Assembly: GCA_003599595.1 (NCBI GenBank)
Contig: QZIP01000049.1
Location: 1 to 49,367 of the forward strand
Source of the DNA: Candidatus Parcubacteria bacterium
GTDB taxonomy: Bacteria; Patescibacteriota; Microgenomatia; Levybacterales; GWA1-39-11
DNA length: 49,367 nt
Direction: 5' to 3'
Shown: positions 47,116 through 49,367 of the stretch, one piece after another
Layout: each line of letters starts with the position of its first letter
Position numbering within the stretch: position 1 is the stretch's first letter
Translations under genes and position numbers: made by a program
Notes under the pieces: model-generated
The model's database searches: none
Seen by the model: the letters and a program-made list of their open reading frames with translations, nothing else
Told to the model about the DNA's origin: nothing

Positions 47116-49323
47116 TTAAACGTTACCATTGTTTCCTGCCAATTCGTTGGCAAGTTGGTTTAACTGTTGTTCAAGTTCGGACAATTGTTCACTCTGACGA
47201 AGGAGTGTTTGGCGTGTTACATGAATTTCCAAGGATTTACCCTTTATTCCCTTGTCGTCGCCACCAGCCATCGCACCACCAATAGCTTGAGCAGCCATTG
47301 GAACAGCCATTCTGGCTGCACCAGCAGCCACAGCTGGTAATACCTTCTTACTCTTTTCTTCCTTCTTACCAAACTTCTGAGCAGGATCAGTTGGTCCCAT
47401 CTTAGATGGAGATTTTGGTTTGGTTACTTCAACTTCCTTAGCAGCATCTTTCATTTCCTTGAATTTCTTCTTGGGTTTGGTTACTAAACTGACTCCCTTT
47501 TCACCAACATCTCCAACTTCATCTGGGGTTATTTCACCCAAATTACCTTCATCTGGAGAATTTTCTGGAGATACTTGTTCATTGCTATCTGGCATATTTA
47601 CATCTACATCATCGATAGCATCAAGCATTGGGTCTAACGCACTGTGTGCATCAGACAAAGCTATGTGGTGAACCAAACATTCCTGGCGATGTGGATGACC
47701 AAAATCCATAGTATCAGCAAGTTTCCCTAAGAAACCACGTGCAGAATCAATTGCTCTGCGATGGTGGCTAAAAGAACGATCGTCCCTACCGTCTTCCAAA
47801 CCTTTTTTCTTTACTAGGCTAGGGCCGCCAAACTGTTGCATTGGCTCATTGCCTAATTTTGGGTTATATCCATTTGGACTTGTCACGTCAACTTCAGTAT
47901 CTGCCTTCTCCATTTCAGAGAAGTTCTTTTTCTTAATTAAACTTGAGCCACAAAACTGCTGCATCGGTTCATTGCCTAAATCTAGTCTATATCCAGATGG
48001 ATCATGTACATTGACAAGATTAATCTGTTCATCCATTTCTTTGAAACTCTTCAGATACTTATCTTTAATAGACTTTGATTCTGCGGAATCCATTCCAAGT
48101 AAATTCTTGAAATATTTCATATTGTAATCTTCACTACCATCGGAGCCAATTTCTTCTAATGCTCTCTTATAGTGGTAAGCTTCCATACGATCTTTATTGG
48201 AAAAATCAGTGTTATTTGACATTTTCTTCAAGAAATCAGAAGCTTCCCCAACAGTCTTATGTTTATCTTTGGGGAGAGGCATAAAAGATCTATCAAACTG
48301 TTCACCTACTGGATTCATTTGATCAGTATCTGGTTTTTCATGTTCAGTGGTGGATTCAGGAACATCAATACCCTTCTTGGCAATTTGTTCTTCTAAATCA
48401 CCTTTGTGAAATGCTTTTTTGCCTTTAGAAACACCAGCAACTCCGTCAGCAATTTTTTCACGTTCACTGATGTCCATCACTGCATTTTTATCTTTGTATT
48501 CTTGATGGGCTGCTTCAGTGCCAGGAATATGTCCGTCTTCAATATCCATATCGCGGATACCTTCTTTGGACTTTCCGTATTGGTTTCTCAAAGCCTTAAC
48601 CAATCTCCGACGAAGTTCTTTAGTTTGCATACCTTCAGCAACTTCTTCAGGTGCTGGAAGTTCTTCATCATCACTATCAGCAGGTTCAGCTGGCAGCTCT
48701 TCTTCTGGCATTGTTTCTTCTAATTCATCAATTTCTTCATCTTCTTCTTCTGGGCCTAGTTCACCATCTTCTTCCATCATTTCTTCTTCACCAAGATCTT
48801 CTTCTGGAAGTTCTTCTTCCATCATTTCTTCTTCACCAAGATCTTCTTCTGGAAGTTCTTCTTCCATCATTTCTTCATCTAGAACAGGCTCATCCAAAGA
48901 ATCTGCATCACCTAATTCATCATCCATACCAATTCCATCAAGAGGAGCAGCATTTGGATGATATTTTTCAAATAGTAATTCAATTTCATCTAGCTCAGCA
49001 GCTAAATTCTGAAGTTTGTTTTGAAGATGTCCACCAATGTCTTCATGTTCTAGTAATTCGGAAATTTCATCATACTGTTCTAACAACAGTGTATTGTCAC
49101 GATGTAAACGACGAAGTACCTGAGCAGAATACTTTTCAACTTCTTGTTCATCAATGACACCGTCTGAATTGAGGTCCATTTCTTCAGGACTGCCTAAATC
49201 AATATCAGGATCGGTGCCTATATCTAAATCAGCATCCGTATCAGTAGCCATATCTGGCATTACTTCCGGAGCAGCTTTCTTGATATACCCAAGCGGATCT
49301 AGGACTCTAGAACATGCCGGCAT
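47116..49323 (-). CDS. large acidic scaffold-like head protein (5' end uncertain)
   Basis: Immediately upstream of the capsid gene; very Asp/Glu-rich, internal repeats, C-terminal coiled coil. Confidence 0.65.
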   Translation of the reverse strand: MPACSRVLDPLGYIKKAAPEVMPDMATDTDADLDIGTDPDIDLGSPEEMDLNSDGVIDEQEVEKYSAQVLRRLHRDNTLLLEQYDEISELLEHEDIGGHLQNKLQNLAAELDEIELLFEKYHPNAAPLDGIGMDDELGDADSLDEPVLDEEMMEEELPEEDLGEEEMMEEELPEEDLGEEEMMEEDGELGPEEEDEEIDELEETMPEEELPAEPADSDDEELPAPEEVAEGMQTKELRRRLVKALRNQYGKSKEGIRDMDIEDGHIPGTEAAHQEYKDKNAVMDISEREKIADGVAGVSKGKKAFHKGDLEEQIAKKGIDVPESTTEHEKPDTDQMNPVGEQFDRSFMPLPKDKHKTVGEASDFLKKMSNNTDFSNKDRMEAYHYKRALEEIGSDGSEDYNMKYFKNLLGMDSAESKSIKDKYLKSFKEMDEQINLVNVHDPSGYRLDLGNEPMQQFCGSSLIKKKNFSEMEKADTEVDVTSPNGYNPKLGNEPMQQFGGPSLVKKKGLEDGRDDRSFSHHRRAIDSARGFLGKLADTMDFGHPHRQECLVHHIALSDAHSALDPMLDAIDDVDVNMPDSNEQVSPENSPDEGNLGEITPDEVGDVGEKGVSLVTKPKKKFKEMKDAAKEVEVTKPKSPSKMGPTDPAQKFGKKEEKSKKVLPAVAAGAARMAVPMAAQAIGGAMAGGDDKGIKGKSLEIHVTRQTLLRQSEQLSELEQQLNQLANELAGNNGNV
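48767..48876 (-). repeat. 45-bp tandem coding repeat (about 2.4 copies), EEMMEEELPEEDLGE
   Basis: Unit tcttcttccatcatttcttcttcaccaagatcttcttctggaagt repeated exactly. Confidence 0.85.
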
Positions 49324-49367
49324 ACATCAAGCCGAGGAACAGGGCGAGCTGAGCGAGGCTATGCAGG

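Noticed and set aside
48767-48876. CRISPR-like array
   Set aside because: Contiguous in-frame 45-bp coding repeat without spacers; no cas genes.
48406-49157. + strand Ser-, Leu- and His-rich ORFs
   Set aside because: Antisense shadows of the Glu/Asp-rich scaffold-like gene.

Overview
About 49 kb of an AT-rich, large tailed-phage (Caudoviricetes) genome read in the standard bacterial code, with two convergent arms. The left arm (+ strand, 1-14236) is a dense early/middle region: an Rnl2/DRB0094-type RNA ligase, two HNH proteins, a sigma70-like factor, a PLD nuclease, an HD hydrolase, a macro-like domain fused to Mre11/SbcD, a Rad50/SbcC split into two genes, and many tiny membrane or Zn-binding ORFs. 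The right arm (- strand, 14225-49367) is the virion module: acidic scaffold-like protein, HK97-fold capsid, decoration and neck proteins, two tail-tube paralogs, a -1 frameshift tail chaperone, a very short tape measure, Ser-Gly-rich modular fibres, a glycosyltransferase and a methyltransferase. It ends with an atypical tRNA-Ala, two winged-helix paralogs and a class-1 peptide release factor gene. Main observation: the release factor (PxT and GGQ motifs, no domain 1) has no in-frame start upstream of its conserved N-terminal region. It is reachable from an SD-led ATG at 15006 only through two successive RF2-style +1 frameshift cassettes, CUU-UAG-C and then CUU-UGA-C. This would form a translational AND gate that senses both RF1 and RF2 activity. 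All product names come from motif recognition by eye; no searches were run.
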